From Beijerinckiaceae bacterium (GTDB lineage: Bacteria; Pseudomonadota; Alphaproteobacteria; Rhizobiales; Beijerinckiaceae), in contig CANGBC010000008.1 of assembly GCA_947452005.1 (NCBI GenBank), positions 39,690 through 103,689 of the forward strand: a stretch of DNA of 64,000 bases, read 5' to 3'. Position 1 is the first letter of the stretch, and the number at the start of each line of letters is the position of its first letter. A model generated the notes under the pieces. It was not told where the DNA came from, searched no databases, and saw only the letters and a program-made list of their open reading frames with translations. Of the stretch, positions 39,350 to 49,067 are shown one piece after another. The position numbers and the translations under genes are program-made.

Positions 39350-40477
39350 TCACATCTCGACAAAGCCCATCTTGCCGTCAGCACCCTTCTTCCAGACATA
39401 GAGCACATAATCCGCATCTGTGCGGTCGCCCTTTTTGTCGAAGGACAATTTGCCCAGCACCGTCTGGAACACCATGCCTGAATGGATCGCCTCCGCCACT
39501 TTCTTCGTGTCGAGCGAGCCCGCTTTCTCTGCCGCCTGCTTCACCACCTGCACGGCGGCATAAGAATAGAGCGTGTAGCTTTCCGGATTGATCTTCTTGG
39601 CTTCGAACTTCTTCAAAACCTCAGCTGCATCCGGGCGCTTGGTCGGATCAGGCCCGAAGGTCATCAGCGTGCCTTCCACCGCGTCACCAGCAATAGCTGC
39701 CAGCTCAGCGGTGGCAATACCGTCCCCACCGATCATCACAGTGTTCAGCCCCTGCTCGCGCATCTGGCGCAACAGCACACCTGCTTCGCCATGCAGACCG
39801 CCCCAGAAGAGAACCTCGGCGCGCTGCGCTTTCAGCTTCGTGACAATGGCTGAATAATCGCGCTCGCCCGGATTGATGCCTTCATAGAGCACCTCCTTGA
39901 CGCCACCCGCATTCATGGCTTTTTGCGTTTCATCGGCCAGACCCTTGCCATAAGGCGTCTTGTCATGAACCACAGCGATGCGCTTGTCCTTCAGCTTGTC
40001 GACAATATATTTGGCCGCAACGGCGCCTTGCTGGTCATCGCGACCACAAGTGCGAAACACATTCCACAAGCCACGCTCCGTGAAGCGCGGATTGGTGGAG
40101 GCTGGTGTGATCTGCAAAATGTTATTTTCGGAATAGACTTCCGCAGAGGTCGGGATTGACACGCCGGAATTGAAATGGCCGATGACATATTTCACGCCAT
40201 CGCCGACAAACTTGTTCGCCGCCGACACGCCCTGCTCGGGCTTGGACGCATCATCACCGATGAAGAGCTGGATCTTCTGACCCAGAATGCCACCAGCCGC
40301 ATTGATGTCTTCAGCGGCCTGTTCTGCGCCATTCTTCAGCATAGAGCCGAAGGCGGCCGATGAACCAGTCATGGGACCACCCACACCCATCTTGACTTGT
40401 GCCATGGCGGATGAGGCCAGAAGCGCAACGGCAAAAGGCACAGCCAAAGCGACGCGGACAAAAGAAAAGGATTTCAT
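39350..40477 (-). CDS. livK: branched-chain amino acid ABC transporter substrate-binding protein
   Basis: signal peptide, GHFNSG, FRTCGRDDQQG, HDKTPYGKGLA. Confidence 0.93.
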   Translation of the reverse strand: MKSFSFVRVALAVPFAVALLASSAMAQVKMGVGGPMTGSSAAFGSMLKNGAEQAAEDINAAGGILGQKIQLFIGDDASKPEQGVSAANKFVGDGVKYVIGHFNSGVSIPTSAEVYSENNILQITPASTNPRFTERGLWNVFRTCGRDDQQGAVAAKYIVDKLKDKRIAVVHDKTPYGKGLADETQKAMNAGGVKEVLYEGINPGERDYSAIVTKLKAQRAEVLFWGGLHGEAGVLLRQMREQGLNTVMIGGDGIATAELAAIAGDAVEGTLMTFGPDPTKRPDAAEVLKKFEAKKINPESYTLYSYAAVQVVKQAAEKAGSLDTKKVAEAIHSGMVFQTVLGKLSFDKKGDRTDADYVLYVWKKGADGKMGFVEM

Positions 40478-40538
40478 GGGACAAGCCTCAGCAGAAATGA
40501 ATCTCTAACGGGCAAGCTTACCCGTTTCGGCGCGCCTG

Positions 40539-40847
40539 TCACGCAGGGCCCTGCTGAGTAAAGCCATATTGAATGGCCATCTGGCGGGTCCGGGTGAAGC
40601 GGAAAGAGACCAGCGCGCAAAGCAACGTCCAACCAAAGGCAAAGGCCAACCCACCAAGGCTCATCAGGGCAGCCCCAAACAGCGCATAGGCCAGAAATTC
40701 AACCACCAGCCCCAAGAGCAGCGCATAAAACACGAGCGTGGCCGGCGCGCGCCAAGTGCGCGCCACAGCACGCCCCGCCGCCATGGCCGCAGCCCCGCCC
40801 AACACGCCCAGCAAGATAAGAGGCACCAGCGAGAGCTGTTCCATCAA
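40539..40847 (-). CDS. small membrane protein of the liv operon (DUF6867-like)
   Basis: GGAAAMAAGRAVARTWR...RFTRTRQMAIQY. Confidence 0.75.
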   Translation of the reverse strand: MMEQLSLVPLILLGVLGGAAAMAAGRAVARTWRAPATLVFYALLLGLVVEFLAYALFGAALMSLGGLAFAFGWTLLCALVSFRFTRTRQMAIQYGFTQQGPA

Positions 40848-41566
40848 TGTGCTCCTTCGAGATAGGCCGCGCGCACCTGGGGGTTGGCGAGCAGGTCGCG
40901 CCCCGTGCCAGACAGCGTGATCTGGCCATTGACCATGACATAGCCGCGGTGCGCCAGCTTGAGCGCATGGAAAGCATTCTGCTCGACCAGAAACACGCTC
41001 AAGCCATCATTGCGATTGAGATCGCGGATCACTTCAAAGATCTGTTTCACGACGAGCGGTGCCAGACCGAGCGAAGGCTCATCGAGCATGAGCAGTCGCG
41101 GGCGGCTCATCAAGGCGCGCGCAATGGCGAGCATCTGTTGCTCGCCGCCCGACAATGTACCGCCGCGCTGGTCGATACGCTCTTTGAGGCGCGGGAAAAT
41201 ATCAAACATGCGTTCCAGATCAGCCTGGAAATGAGCCATGCCATCGACGCTTGCGCCCATTTGCAGATTTTCCAGCACTGACAGGCGTGGAAAGATCCGC
41301 CGACCCTCGGGCGATTGCGCCAGCCCCATGCGCGCAATCTCATGCGCGGGCTTGTGGGTGATGTCTTGGCCATCAAAGATGATTTTGCCCGCACTCGCAC
41401 GCGGACGCCCGAAGACACTCATCATGGTGGTTGATTTGCCAGCCCCATTGGCGCCGATGACCGTCACGATCTCGCCCGGCATAATATCAAGATCGACGCC
41501 CTTCAGCGCCACGATCTGCCCGTAAGAGGCCTCAAGCTTCTGGATGGAGAGCAAAGGCGCGCTCAT
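40844..41566 (-). CDS. livF: branched-chain amino acid ABC ATPase
   Basis: GANGAGKST, PEGRRIF, LSGGEQQ, LDEPSLGLAP. Confidence 0.95.
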   Translation of the reverse strand: MSAPLLSIQKLEASYGQIVALKGVDLDIMPGEIVTVIGANGAGKSTTMMSVFGRPRASAGKIIFDGQDITHKPAHEIARMGLAQSPEGRRIFPRLSVLENLQMGASVDGMAHFQADLERMFDIFPRLKERIDQRGGTLSGGEQQMLAIARALMSRPRLLMLDEPSLGLAPLVVKQIFEVIRDLNRNDGLSVFLVEQNAFHALKLAHRGYVMVNGQITLSGTGRDLLANPQVRAAYLEGAH

Positions 41567-42456
41567 GCGAGCACCTCGGCTGCTTCATCCGTATCCTCGA
41601 CACCCAGATATGCTGCGATCACGCGCGGATCATTGCGGATGTCATCGGGCGTGCCATCGGCAATCAGCTTGCCATAATCGAGTACAACGACATGGTCAGA
41701 AATTTTCATGACCACGCTCATGTCATGCTCGATGAGCAAGATTGATGTGCCAAGCTCGGCGCGGATAGACAGGAGCAAATCATTCAGCTCCGCACTCTCG
41801 CGCGGATTGAGCCCTGCGGCTGGCTCATCCAGACAAAGCAGCACAGGATCGGTGCACATGGCACGCGCAATCTCAAGGCGGCGTTGCGCGCCATAGGGCA
41901 GCGCACCAGCCGGATCATCTGCACGATCCATCAGACCGATCTTGTCGAGCCAGAACGAGGCCTTCTCAATTGCTGCTTTTTCAGCCGCACGGAAAGATGG
42001 CCAGCCGACAAGGCCCAACAGCGACAGACCAGAAGCACGCATCAGAATGTTGTGCTGCGCCACCACCAGATTTTCGAGCACGGTCATGCCCGAGAACAGC
42101 CGGATGTTCTGGAACGTGCGCGCCACATGCGCATCACGCGTGATTTCAAAATCAGGCATGCGCTCGAGAAGATAAATGACACCATTGTGCCGCCGCCCTG
42201 ACTTGGTCAGTGCATCGACATTTTCAGCCTGCGCCAAACCCTCACGCGCCAAGGCGAGCCGCCCTTGCGCTGGCTTGTAAAAACCCGTGATGCAATTGAA
42301 GAGCGTTGTCTTGCCCGCGCCATTGGGACCAATCAGCGCAGTAATGTCGCCACGCCCGACCGTGAAGGAGACATCATTCACAGCGGTGAGCCCACCAAAG
42401 CGCATGGTGAGATGTTCGATGGTGAGCAGTGGCGAGGAAAGCGCGCGCGCGGTCAT
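41563..42456 (-). CDS. livG: branched-chain amino acid ABC ATPase
   Basis: GPNGAGKTT, RTFQNIRLF, LDEPAAG, IEHDM. Confidence 0.95.
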   Translation of the reverse strand: MTARALSSPLLTIEHLTMRFGGLTAVNDVSFTVGRGDITALIGPNGAGKTTLFNCITGFYKPAQGRLALAREGLAQAENVDALTKSGRRHNGVIYLLERMPDFEITRDAHVARTFQNIRLFSGMTVLENLVVAQHNILMRASGLSLLGLVGWPSFRAAEKAAIEKASFWLDKIGLMDRADDPAGALPYGAQRRLEIARAMCTDPVLLCLDEPAAGLNPRESAELNDLLLSIRAELGTSILLIEHDMSVVMKISDHVVVLDYGKLIADGTPDDIRNDPRVIAAYLGVEDTDEAAEVLA

Positions 42457-43799
42457 CAGCCATGACCCTCCTGCACGAGCGCGCCCGACACATTCTTTTT
42501 CTGCGACAGGAAGACTGAGGGCTCACGCGACGAGATGAGGCCGCGCGGTCGCCAGATCATCATCACCACCATCGCCAGCCCGAACAGCAACATGCGATAG
42601 AGGGAGGGATCAAAAGACGAGCCGAAAATTTGCTTGAGGAATGTCAGCTCGCGCAACACTTCTGTGCCACCGACCATGACAACAGCCGCCAGCGCCACAC
42701 CCAATTGCGAACCCATGCCACCCAGCACGACAATGGCGAGAATGGTGGCGGATTCCATGAAGGTGAAACTGTCGGGATTCACAAAGCCCTGCCGCACAGC
42801 AAAAAAAGACCCCGCAAAGCCCGCAAACATGGCGCCCAGCGCAAAGGCGGTGAGCTTGGTGTTGACCGTATTGATGCCCAGCGACCGGCAGGCAATCTCA
42901 TCCTCACGCAAAGCCTCCCAGGCGCGCCCGACTGGCAGCGCGCGCAAGCGCAAGGTCACGACATGGGTGATCAACGCCAGCGCGAGGATCAGATAGAAAA
43001 GAAAGATCGTGCGGTGGATCGCCTGAAACTCAAGACCGAAGGTCGCGGCAAACCCATTTTCATTGGCATTAAACGGCAGACCAAAAAAGGTGATGCGCGG
43101 GATCGACATGATGCCCGCTTTGCCATTGGAGAAATCCGTCCAATTGGTCAGAACCGCACTGACAATCTCGCCAAAGGCCAGCGTGACAATGGCGAGATAA
43201 TCACCGCGCAGGCGCAGAACCGGAAAGCCCAGCATTGCGCCCCAGCTTGCCGCCATCAATCCGGCGAGCGGCAGGCAGATCCAGAATGACAGGCCAAAAT
43301 GCGTGGAGAGCAGCGCGTAAGTGTAAGCACCCACCGCATAGAAGGCGACATAGCCAAGATCAAGCAGGCCCGCGAGACCCACCACAATATTCAGGCCCCA
43401 GCCGAGCATGACATAGATCAGAATCTGCACACCGTAATTATTGATCCATTTCAGCGAGCCCTGCGGCCCCAGCCAAAACAGCATCACCATCGGAAACAGA
43501 AAAAGCGCTATCACGCCCGCACGGGGCAGCGCGGCCGCGAGCGCGGGAGATAAGACACGCGCGCCTGTGTGCGGGGCAGCGCGCGCGGGCTTGCGCGCGA
43601 AGGCCAAGACCAGAAAGCGCCCGACGAAAACAAGTGCGGCCGCAATCGCCATCCACGACCAGCGCTGTTCCAGCACGAGGCGATTGGACTGATCCATCTC
43701 CGTGCCCAGCGTCAGAATGGGAAAGGCAAGACCCGCAGCCACAAGGCCAGCAAATCCCGCTTCGCGCAAAGCGCGTGTGATGGACATCGAGGGCGACAT
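42456..43799 (-). CDS. livM: branched-chain amino acid ABC permease
   Basis: GLLDLGYVAFYAVGAY, LRLRGDYLAIVTLAFGEI. Confidence 0.95.
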   Translation of the reverse strand: MSPSMSITRALREAGFAGLVAAGLAFPILTLGTEMDQSNRLVLEQRWSWMAIAAALVFVGRFLVLAFARKPARAAPHTGARVLSPALAAALPRAGVIALFLFPMVMLFWLGPQGSLKWINNYGVQILIYVMLGWGLNIVVGLAGLLDLGYVAFYAVGAYTYALLSTHFGLSFWICLPLAGLMAASWGAMLGFPVLRLRGDYLAIVTLAFGEIVSAVLTNWTDFSNGKAGIMSIPRITFFGLPFNANENGFAATFGLEFQAIHRTIFLFYLILALALITHVVTLRLRALPVGRAWEALREDEIACRSLGINTVNTKLTAFALGAMFAGFAGSFFAVRQGFVNPDSFTFMESATILAIVVLGGMGSQLGVALAAVVMVGGTEVLRELTFLKQIFGSSFDPSLYRMLLFGLAMVVMMIWRPRGLISSREPSVFLSQKKNVSGALVQEGHG

Positions 43800-44716
43800 C
43801 AGACTTTCTCGACCTCGGGGCGCCCCAACAAGCCCGAGGGCATGAAGATCAGCGTGATCACCAGAATGGAGAAAGCCGCGACATCCTTATAGTCGGACGA
43901 GAAATAAGCAGACCAGAAGGTCTCGATCAGGCCAATCAGCAAGCCGCCAATGACAGCACCCGGCAGCGAGCCAATGCCGCCCAGCACAGCGGCGGTGAAA
44001 GCCTTCACGCCGGGCGTGAACCCGTCAGAGAAATTCACGACGCCATAATACATCATGTACAGCGTGCCAGCGACCGCGGCCAAGGCGGCACCAATGATGA
44101 AGGTCAGCGAAATGGTGCGATCGACATCGACACCCAGCAGCGCCGCCATGGTGCGGTCCTGCTCGCAAGCGCGTTGCGCGCGCCCCAGTGCGGTCTTCTG
44201 CACGAGATACCAGAAAGCCAGCAGCAGAACGCCCGTCACACCAACGATGAGAATTTGCTTGTAAGAGAGCGTAACATCAAACGCGCCGCCGCTGGTGACG
44301 TGAATGACGTCCGTAAACATGGGCGGCACCGGCTTGTTGCGCGGGCCCTGCACCACTTGCACGAAATTGGCGAGAAAGATCGACATGCCAATCGCCGAAA
44401 TCAGCGGCGCCAGCCGAAACGAGCCACGCAGCGGCCGATAGGCCACCCGCTCAATGGCCCAGTTCCAAAGCGCCGTCAGCGCCATGGCGCAGACGAGCAC
44501 GATGAGAAAGACCAGCCCCAGCGAGGTCACACCCAGGATTTGCGTCATGGCCAGATAGATGATCAGCGCAATAAAGGCCGAGAGCATGAACACATCGCCA
44601 TGGGCAAAATTGACCATGCCGATAATGCCAAAGACCATCGTATAGCCAATGGCAATGAGCCCATAGATGGCGCCCAGCGTCACGCCATTGATCAATTGCT
44701 GCAGGAAATTTTCCAT
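43799..44716 (-). CDS. livH: branched-chain amino acid ABC permease
   Basis: QQLINGVTLGAIYGLIAIGYTMV, NFAHG, KAFTAAVLGGIG; start at ATG 44716. Confidence 0.95.
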   Translation of the reverse strand: MENFLQQLINGVTLGAIYGLIAIGYTMVFGIIGMVNFAHGDVFMLSAFIALIIYLAMTQILGVTSLGLVFLIVLVCAMALTALWNWAIERVAYRPLRGSFRLAPLISAIGMSIFLANFVQVVQGPRNKPVPPMFTDVIHVTSGGAFDVTLSYKQILIVGVTGVLLLAFWYLVQKTALGRAQRACEQDRTMAALLGVDVDRTISLTFIIGAALAAVAGTLYMMYYGVVNFSDGFTPGVKAFTAAVLGGIGSLPGAVIGGLLIGLIETFWSAYFSSDYKDVAAFSILVITLIFMPSGLLGRPEVEKV

Positions 44717-44793
44717 GCCTCTCCCAAGGGGCCGGATTCGGGCTTGGGCGCAGGGTACCAAGGGCGCGGCTGGGGGTCCAGTTACCGCCACCC

Positions 44794-44881
44794 CGTCATT
44801 GCGAGCGCAGCGAAGCAATCCAGAGCCTCACTTGGGACTTAGGTATTGCCCTCTCGGGCTCAAGAACGCCTCGCAATGACG
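44794..44881. repeat. palindromic element family A (degenerate right arm)
   Basis: CGTCATTGCGAGCGCAGCGAAGCAATCCAG...CCTCGCAATGACG. Confidence 0.88.
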
Positions 44882-44985
44882 GAGCGCGGGGAGAGCCCCC
44901 CCTTGCGGCAGCCCCACGAATCTATAGCCTGACCTCATTTCAGGTATGGATTTTTCATTATGACTTTTCAGACGCGGTGGCTCGC

Positions 44986-47900
44986 ATGAGCCGCCAATTC
45001 ATTGCCGAATATTTGGCCGAGCTCCATCGGCTTCTCCGTGCCTCAGGCACCCATCGCGAAACCACCATTCGTGAGGCCTTCAAAGACCTCCTGAAGCGCT
45101 ATGCGCGCCAGCGCGACCTCGTCTTTCTGGCTGAGTATCAGATGAAGACGGACCGCAACAAAACCATTTCCGTGGATGGCGCCATCGTTCACTCCCTGCG
45201 TGTGCCGCTTGGTTTCTGGGAAGCCAAAGATGCGGCAGATGATCTTGACGAAGAAATCGACAAAAAAACCCGGGCTGGATATCCGCGAACGAATATCATT
45301 TTTGAGGACGGCCGCGAGGCGGTCCTGATCCAGAACAAGGAACAAGTGCTGCGTTGCCCGATTGATAATGAAGACGGGCTGACAGAGCTGCTTGATCTAT
45401 TCTTCGGTTATGAACGACCCGAGATTGCTGACTTCCGCAAAGCCGTGGCGCAATTTGCAACGGATCTTCCGGCGATTACCTCAGCCCTCAACGATCTGAT
45501 TGAGAAAGCCGGAAAGAGCCTGCCCGCCTATCAGAAGGCAGAAGCCAAATTTTTGACCCATGCCAAAGAGACCATCAACCCCGCGATCACCGTCTCGGAT
45601 GTGCGGGAAATGCTGATGCAGCATATTCTGACCGAAGAAATTTTTACCCATGTTTTCAATGATTCCGACTTTCATAAGCAGAACAATGTCGCGCGCGAGC
45701 TTTATGCGCTCGAAAATACATTTTTCACAGGCAACCTGAAGCGCGAGACCCTGCGCGCGCTCGATTCCTATTATGCAACGATCAAGTCCAATGCTGCGTT
45801 GATTACCTCGCATGCGGAGAAGCAGAAATTCCTGAAAGTCATTTATGAGAATTTCTACAAGGTCTATAATCCCAAGGCCGCTGATCGGCTGGGCGTTGTT
45901 TATACGCCCAACGAGATCGTGAAATTCATGATTGATGGCGCTGATTGGCTCTGCCGCGAACATTTCGGCAAGGCGCTGATCGACAAGGGCGTGGAAATTC
46001 TGGACCCCGCCACAGGCACCGGCACGTTCGTCTGCGAATTGCTGGAGCATTTTCGCGGCCAACCGCAAAAACTGCATCATAAATACAAGGAAGAGATTCA
46101 CGCCAATGAAGTGGCGATCCTGCCCTATTATGTGGCTAATCTGAATATCGAAGCGACCTATTATTCCATCGCCCAGCAATATGCCGAATATCCCAATCTC
46201 TGCTTTGTGGACACGCTGGATAATGTGGCGGGCTTGGGGAAGTTCTCGGGCTATCAGGAAGAAATGTTTGGTGCCGTCTCGGATGAAAATGTCGCGCGAA
46301 TTAAAAGACAGAACAAGCGCAAGATTTCTGTCGTGATCGGCAATCCACCTTATAATGCCAATCAGCAAAACGAGAATGACAATAACAAGAACCGCACCTA
46401 TCCGCGTATCGATGAGCGGATCAAGGCGACTTATATCAAGGAATCAACGGCGCAGAAGACGAAGCAATATGACATGTTCGTGCGCTTCATCCGATGGGCC
46501 TCAGACCGCATCAATGGCGAAGGCATTGTTGCTTATGTCGTCAACCGTAAATTCATCGATGGCAAAAATTTCGACGGCTTCCGCAAAATTGTGGAGCGCG
46601 AGTTTGACGAGTTCCGCGTCGTGGACCTAGGCGGTGATTGGAAAGCAAGCGGTGTTGGCGGAGGAGGAAATGTGTTTGGGATTGGAACAGGTGTAGCGAT
46701 TTTCTTTGCCGTGACAAAGCACAAGGTCAAAACGGAAGGGAACAAGGCAAAAATTTTTTACGCATCTGCGCAAGGTGTCGATAGAGAAGAAAAACTGAGC
46801 TGGCTCAGCGGATCACGATTGCCGGACCTGCCTCTCACGCATGTTCGACCTGACAAGGCGCATTATTGGGTGGATCACGTTGAAAATTCATGGGACGACT
46901 TTTTATCTTTGGCTTCAAAGGAAACGAAATCGGGGAAGGTAGGAGCCAAAGGAAAAGCTATATTCGAGCTATTCTCACTCGGTGTTGTAACCGCGAGAGA
47001 CGAGTGGGTTTATGATTTCAGCGCTGACGCTACAAAGGCAAAAGTGCAATTCTTGATAAGCGAATACAACAAGCAAATTGGTAACGCTACACTCAAAAAT
47101 AGTATAAAATGGACTCGGCTTCTGAAAGAGCTATCAAAAAAGAAAATTGTTCTTAACTTCAAAGAAGAGGCCCTCTCGAAATCCCTGTTTCGACCATACG
47201 TACAAAAAACACTTTATTACGATAAATCACTGAATGAGATGATTTATCGGACTGCTGAAATATTTCCTCCGCCTACAAGTGGTAAGAATAAAGCCATTTC
47301 TTTCACGGATCCAACGGCTCAGAAGCCGTGGCTTGCACTTGCCCTCTCAGAGCTACCAGATCTTCATCTTGTTGGATCAGGAGCCCTTGCAGTTTGCCTC
47401 CCCCGCTACCGCTACACCTCCACTGGCGAGCGTATCGACAATATCACCGACTGGGCGCTGGAGCAGTTTTGCGCCCATTACACCGACGCGTCATTGCGAG
47501 GAGCGACAGCGACGAAGCAATCCAGAAAGGCGCAGACGGCTTCTGGATTGCTTCGCTCCGCTCGCAATGACGAGATCACCAAGGACGACATTTTTCACTA
47601 TGTCTATGGCGTGCTGCATGACCCGCTCTATCGTGAAAAATATGCGCTGAACCTGAAGCGTGAATTTCCGCGCATTCCCTTCTATCCCGATTTCTTCAAA
47701 TGGGTGGCTTGGGGCGAAAAGCTGATGGCCCTGCATATCGGTTTTGAGAGTGTTGACCCCTGGCCGCTTCAACGCGTTGATACACCCGACCTGAAGGCGC
47801 GCGATGCCAAGCTTAGCCCCAAGACGATTCTCAAATCCGATGCGGAGGCAGGCATCATCATTCTCGATAGCGAGACGCAACTCTCCGGCATTCCGCGCGA

Positions 47901-48117
47901 GGCTTTCGACTATCGCCTTGGCAACCGGAGCGCGCTCGACTGGATTTTGGACCAGCACAAGGAAAAGACGCCTAAAGATCCAACCATCCGGGAAAAGTTC
48001 AACACTTACCGATTTGCCGATTACAAGGAGAAGGTGGCCGACCTGATCGGGCGGGTGACGCGGGTGAGTGTCGACACGGTCGGGATCACCGAGGCCATGC
48101 GGGACGCCAAGAGGTAG
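44986..48117 (+). CDS. single-polypeptide restriction-modification enzyme (Type IIG / helicase-less Type ISP-like, N6-adenine MTase)
   Basis: N-terminal D...WEAK nuclease-like motif, GVVYTP, ILDPATGTGTF, IGNPPY, LlaBIII-type C-terminal specificity region (ITKDDIFHYVYGVLH...FPRIP); alternative GTG start at 44977. Confidence 0.9.
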   Translation: MSRQFIAEYLAELHRLLRASGTHRETTIREAFKDLLKRYARQRDLVFLAEYQMKTDRNKTISVDGAIVHSLRVPLGFWEAKDAADDLDEEIDKKTRAGYPRTNIIFEDGREAVLIQNKEQVLRCPIDNEDGLTELLDLFFGYERPEIADFRKAVAQFATDLPAITSALNDLIEKAGKSLPAYQKAEAKFLTHAKETINPAITVSDVREMLMQHILTEEIFTHVFNDSDFHKQNNVARELYALENTFFTGNLKRETLRALDSYYATIKSNAALITSHAEKQKFLKVIYENFYKVYNPKAADRLGVVYTPNEIVKFMIDGADWLCREHFGKALIDKGVEILDPATGTGTFVCELLEHFRGQPQKLHHKYKEEIHANEVAILPYYVANLNIEATYYSIAQQYAEYPNLCFVDTLDNVAGLGKFSGYQEEMFGAVSDENVARIKRQNKRKISVVIGNPPYNANQQNENDNNKNRTYPRIDERIKATYIKESTAQKTKQYDMFVRFIRWASDRINGEGIVAYVVNRKFIDGKNFDGFRKIVEREFDEFRVVDLGGDWKASGVGGGGNVFGIGTGVAIFFAVTKHKVKTEGNKAKIFYASAQGVDREEKLSWLSGSRLPDLPLTHVRPDKAHYWVDHVENSWDDFLSLASKETKSGKVGAKGKAIFELFSLGVVTARDEWVYDFSADATKAKVQFLISEYNKQIGNATLKNSIKWTRLLKELSKKKIVLNFKEEALSKSLFRPYVQKTLYYDKSLNEMIYRTAEIFPPPTSGKNKAISFTDPTAQKPWLALALSELPDLHLVGSGALAVCLPRYRYTSTGERIDNITDWALEQFCAHYTDASLRGATATKQSRKAQTASGLLRSARNDEITKDDIFHYVYGVLHDPLYREKYALNLKREFPRIPFYPDFFKWVAWGEKLMALHIGFESVDPWPLQRVDTPDLKARDAKLSPKTILKSDAEAGIIILDSETQLSGIPREAFDYRLGNRSALDWILDQHKEKTPKDPTIREKFNTYRFADYKEKVADLIGRVTRVSVDTVGITEAMRDAKR
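47489..47572. repeat. palindromic element family A, in-frame inside the RM gene
   Basis: 84 bp CGTCATTGCGAGGAG...CTCGCAATGACG encoding SLRGATATKQSRKAQTASGLLRSARND. Confidence 0.93.
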
Positions 48118-48148
48118 AGCCCGGGCTCAGGCTCGTACCACCCCACCA

Positions 48149-48183
48149 TGGATTGCCGCGTCGCTTCGCTCCTCGCAATGACG
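48149..48183. repeat. half palindromic element family A
   Basis: TGGATTGCCGCGTCGCTTCGCTCCTCGCAATGACG. Confidence 0.85.
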
Positions 48184-48245
48184 ACTGTGAGAGGGCCGCC
48201 GCCCTCCCCGCCACGCCCCTGAACCCAGAGGGCCCCGCGTGTCCC

Positions 48246-48278
48246 CTCTGGATTGCTTCGCTGCGCTCGCAATGACGG
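48246..48278. repeat. half palindromic element family A
   Basis: CTCTGGATTGCTTCGCTGCGCTCGCAATGACGG. Confidence 0.85.
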
Positions 48279-48330
48279 CGCGCGGGGAGAGGGTTTTGCG
48301 CCGCTCCCCCAAACCGTCTATGACACCCCC

Positions 48331-49062
48331 ATGGCCACTGATGTCACGCTTACCGCCGCTGCCTTTGCCGGGGTGCTCTCTTTTCTGAGCCCCTGCGTGC
48401 TGCCGCTTGTGCCGCCCTATCTCACCTTTATCGCTGGCACGACCATCGAGGAATTGTCGGAAGAGGGCGTGTCAGGTGCCAAGCGCGATGTCGCTTTTGC
48501 GGCGCTTCTGTTTGTGGCGGGCTTTTCGACGGTCTTTGTGGCGCTGGGCGCGACCGCCTCGCTGTTTGGCCAGATCATCCGCGCCTATATGGATGTGCTC
48601 ACCTGGGCGGCTGGCATCGGCATTATTGTCATGGGCCTGCATTTTATGGGCGCGTTTCGCTTGGGCTTTCTCTATCGCGAGAAGCGCGTGCAGGTGGAAA
48701 AGCCCGTTGGGCTGTTTGGTGCCTATCTCATGGGGCTGGCTTTCGCGTTTGGCTGGACGCCCTGCATCGGGCCGATCCTTGCCGCCATTCTCGCAGTCGC
48801 GGGTTCGGAAGATACGGTGAGCCGCGGCATGGTGTTGCTGGGCGCTTATTCGGCGGGGCTTGGTGTTCCGTTTTTGGTCGCGGCTTTGGCGATTGAGCCT
48901 TTCATGGCTTTCATTGCGCGTTTCAAACGCCATTTCGGCACGGTGGAAAAAGTCGTCGGCGGCTTGCTTGTTCTCACCGGCATTGGTTTTCTCACCGGCG
49001 CCATGCAGAGCATGAGCTTCTGGCTGATTGAAATGTTTCCAGCCCTTGCCAAACTTGGATAG
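48331..49062 (+). CDS. ccdA: cytochrome c biogenesis protein CcdA
   Basis: SFLSPCVLPLVP, FGWTPCIGPIL; start at ATG 48331. Confidence 0.95.
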   Translation: MATDVTLTAAAFAGVLSFLSPCVLPLVPPYLTFIAGTTIEELSEEGVSGAKRDVAFAALLFVAGFSTVFVALGATASLFGQIIRAYMDVLTWAAGIGIIVMGLHFMGAFRLGFLYREKRVQVEKPVGLFGAYLMGLAFAFGWTPCIGPILAAILAVAGSEDTVSRGMVLLGAYSAGLGVPFLVAALAIEPFMAFIARFKRHFGTVEKVVGGLLVLTGIGFLTGAMQSMSFWLIEMFPALAKLG

Positions 49063-49067
49063 ATTTG

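Noticed and set aside
44717-48330. Shared MLRCARNDG N-terminal extensions on livH and ccdA in the ORF track
   Set aside because: Both are translations of palindromic element arms; the real starts are ATG 44716 and ATG 48331.
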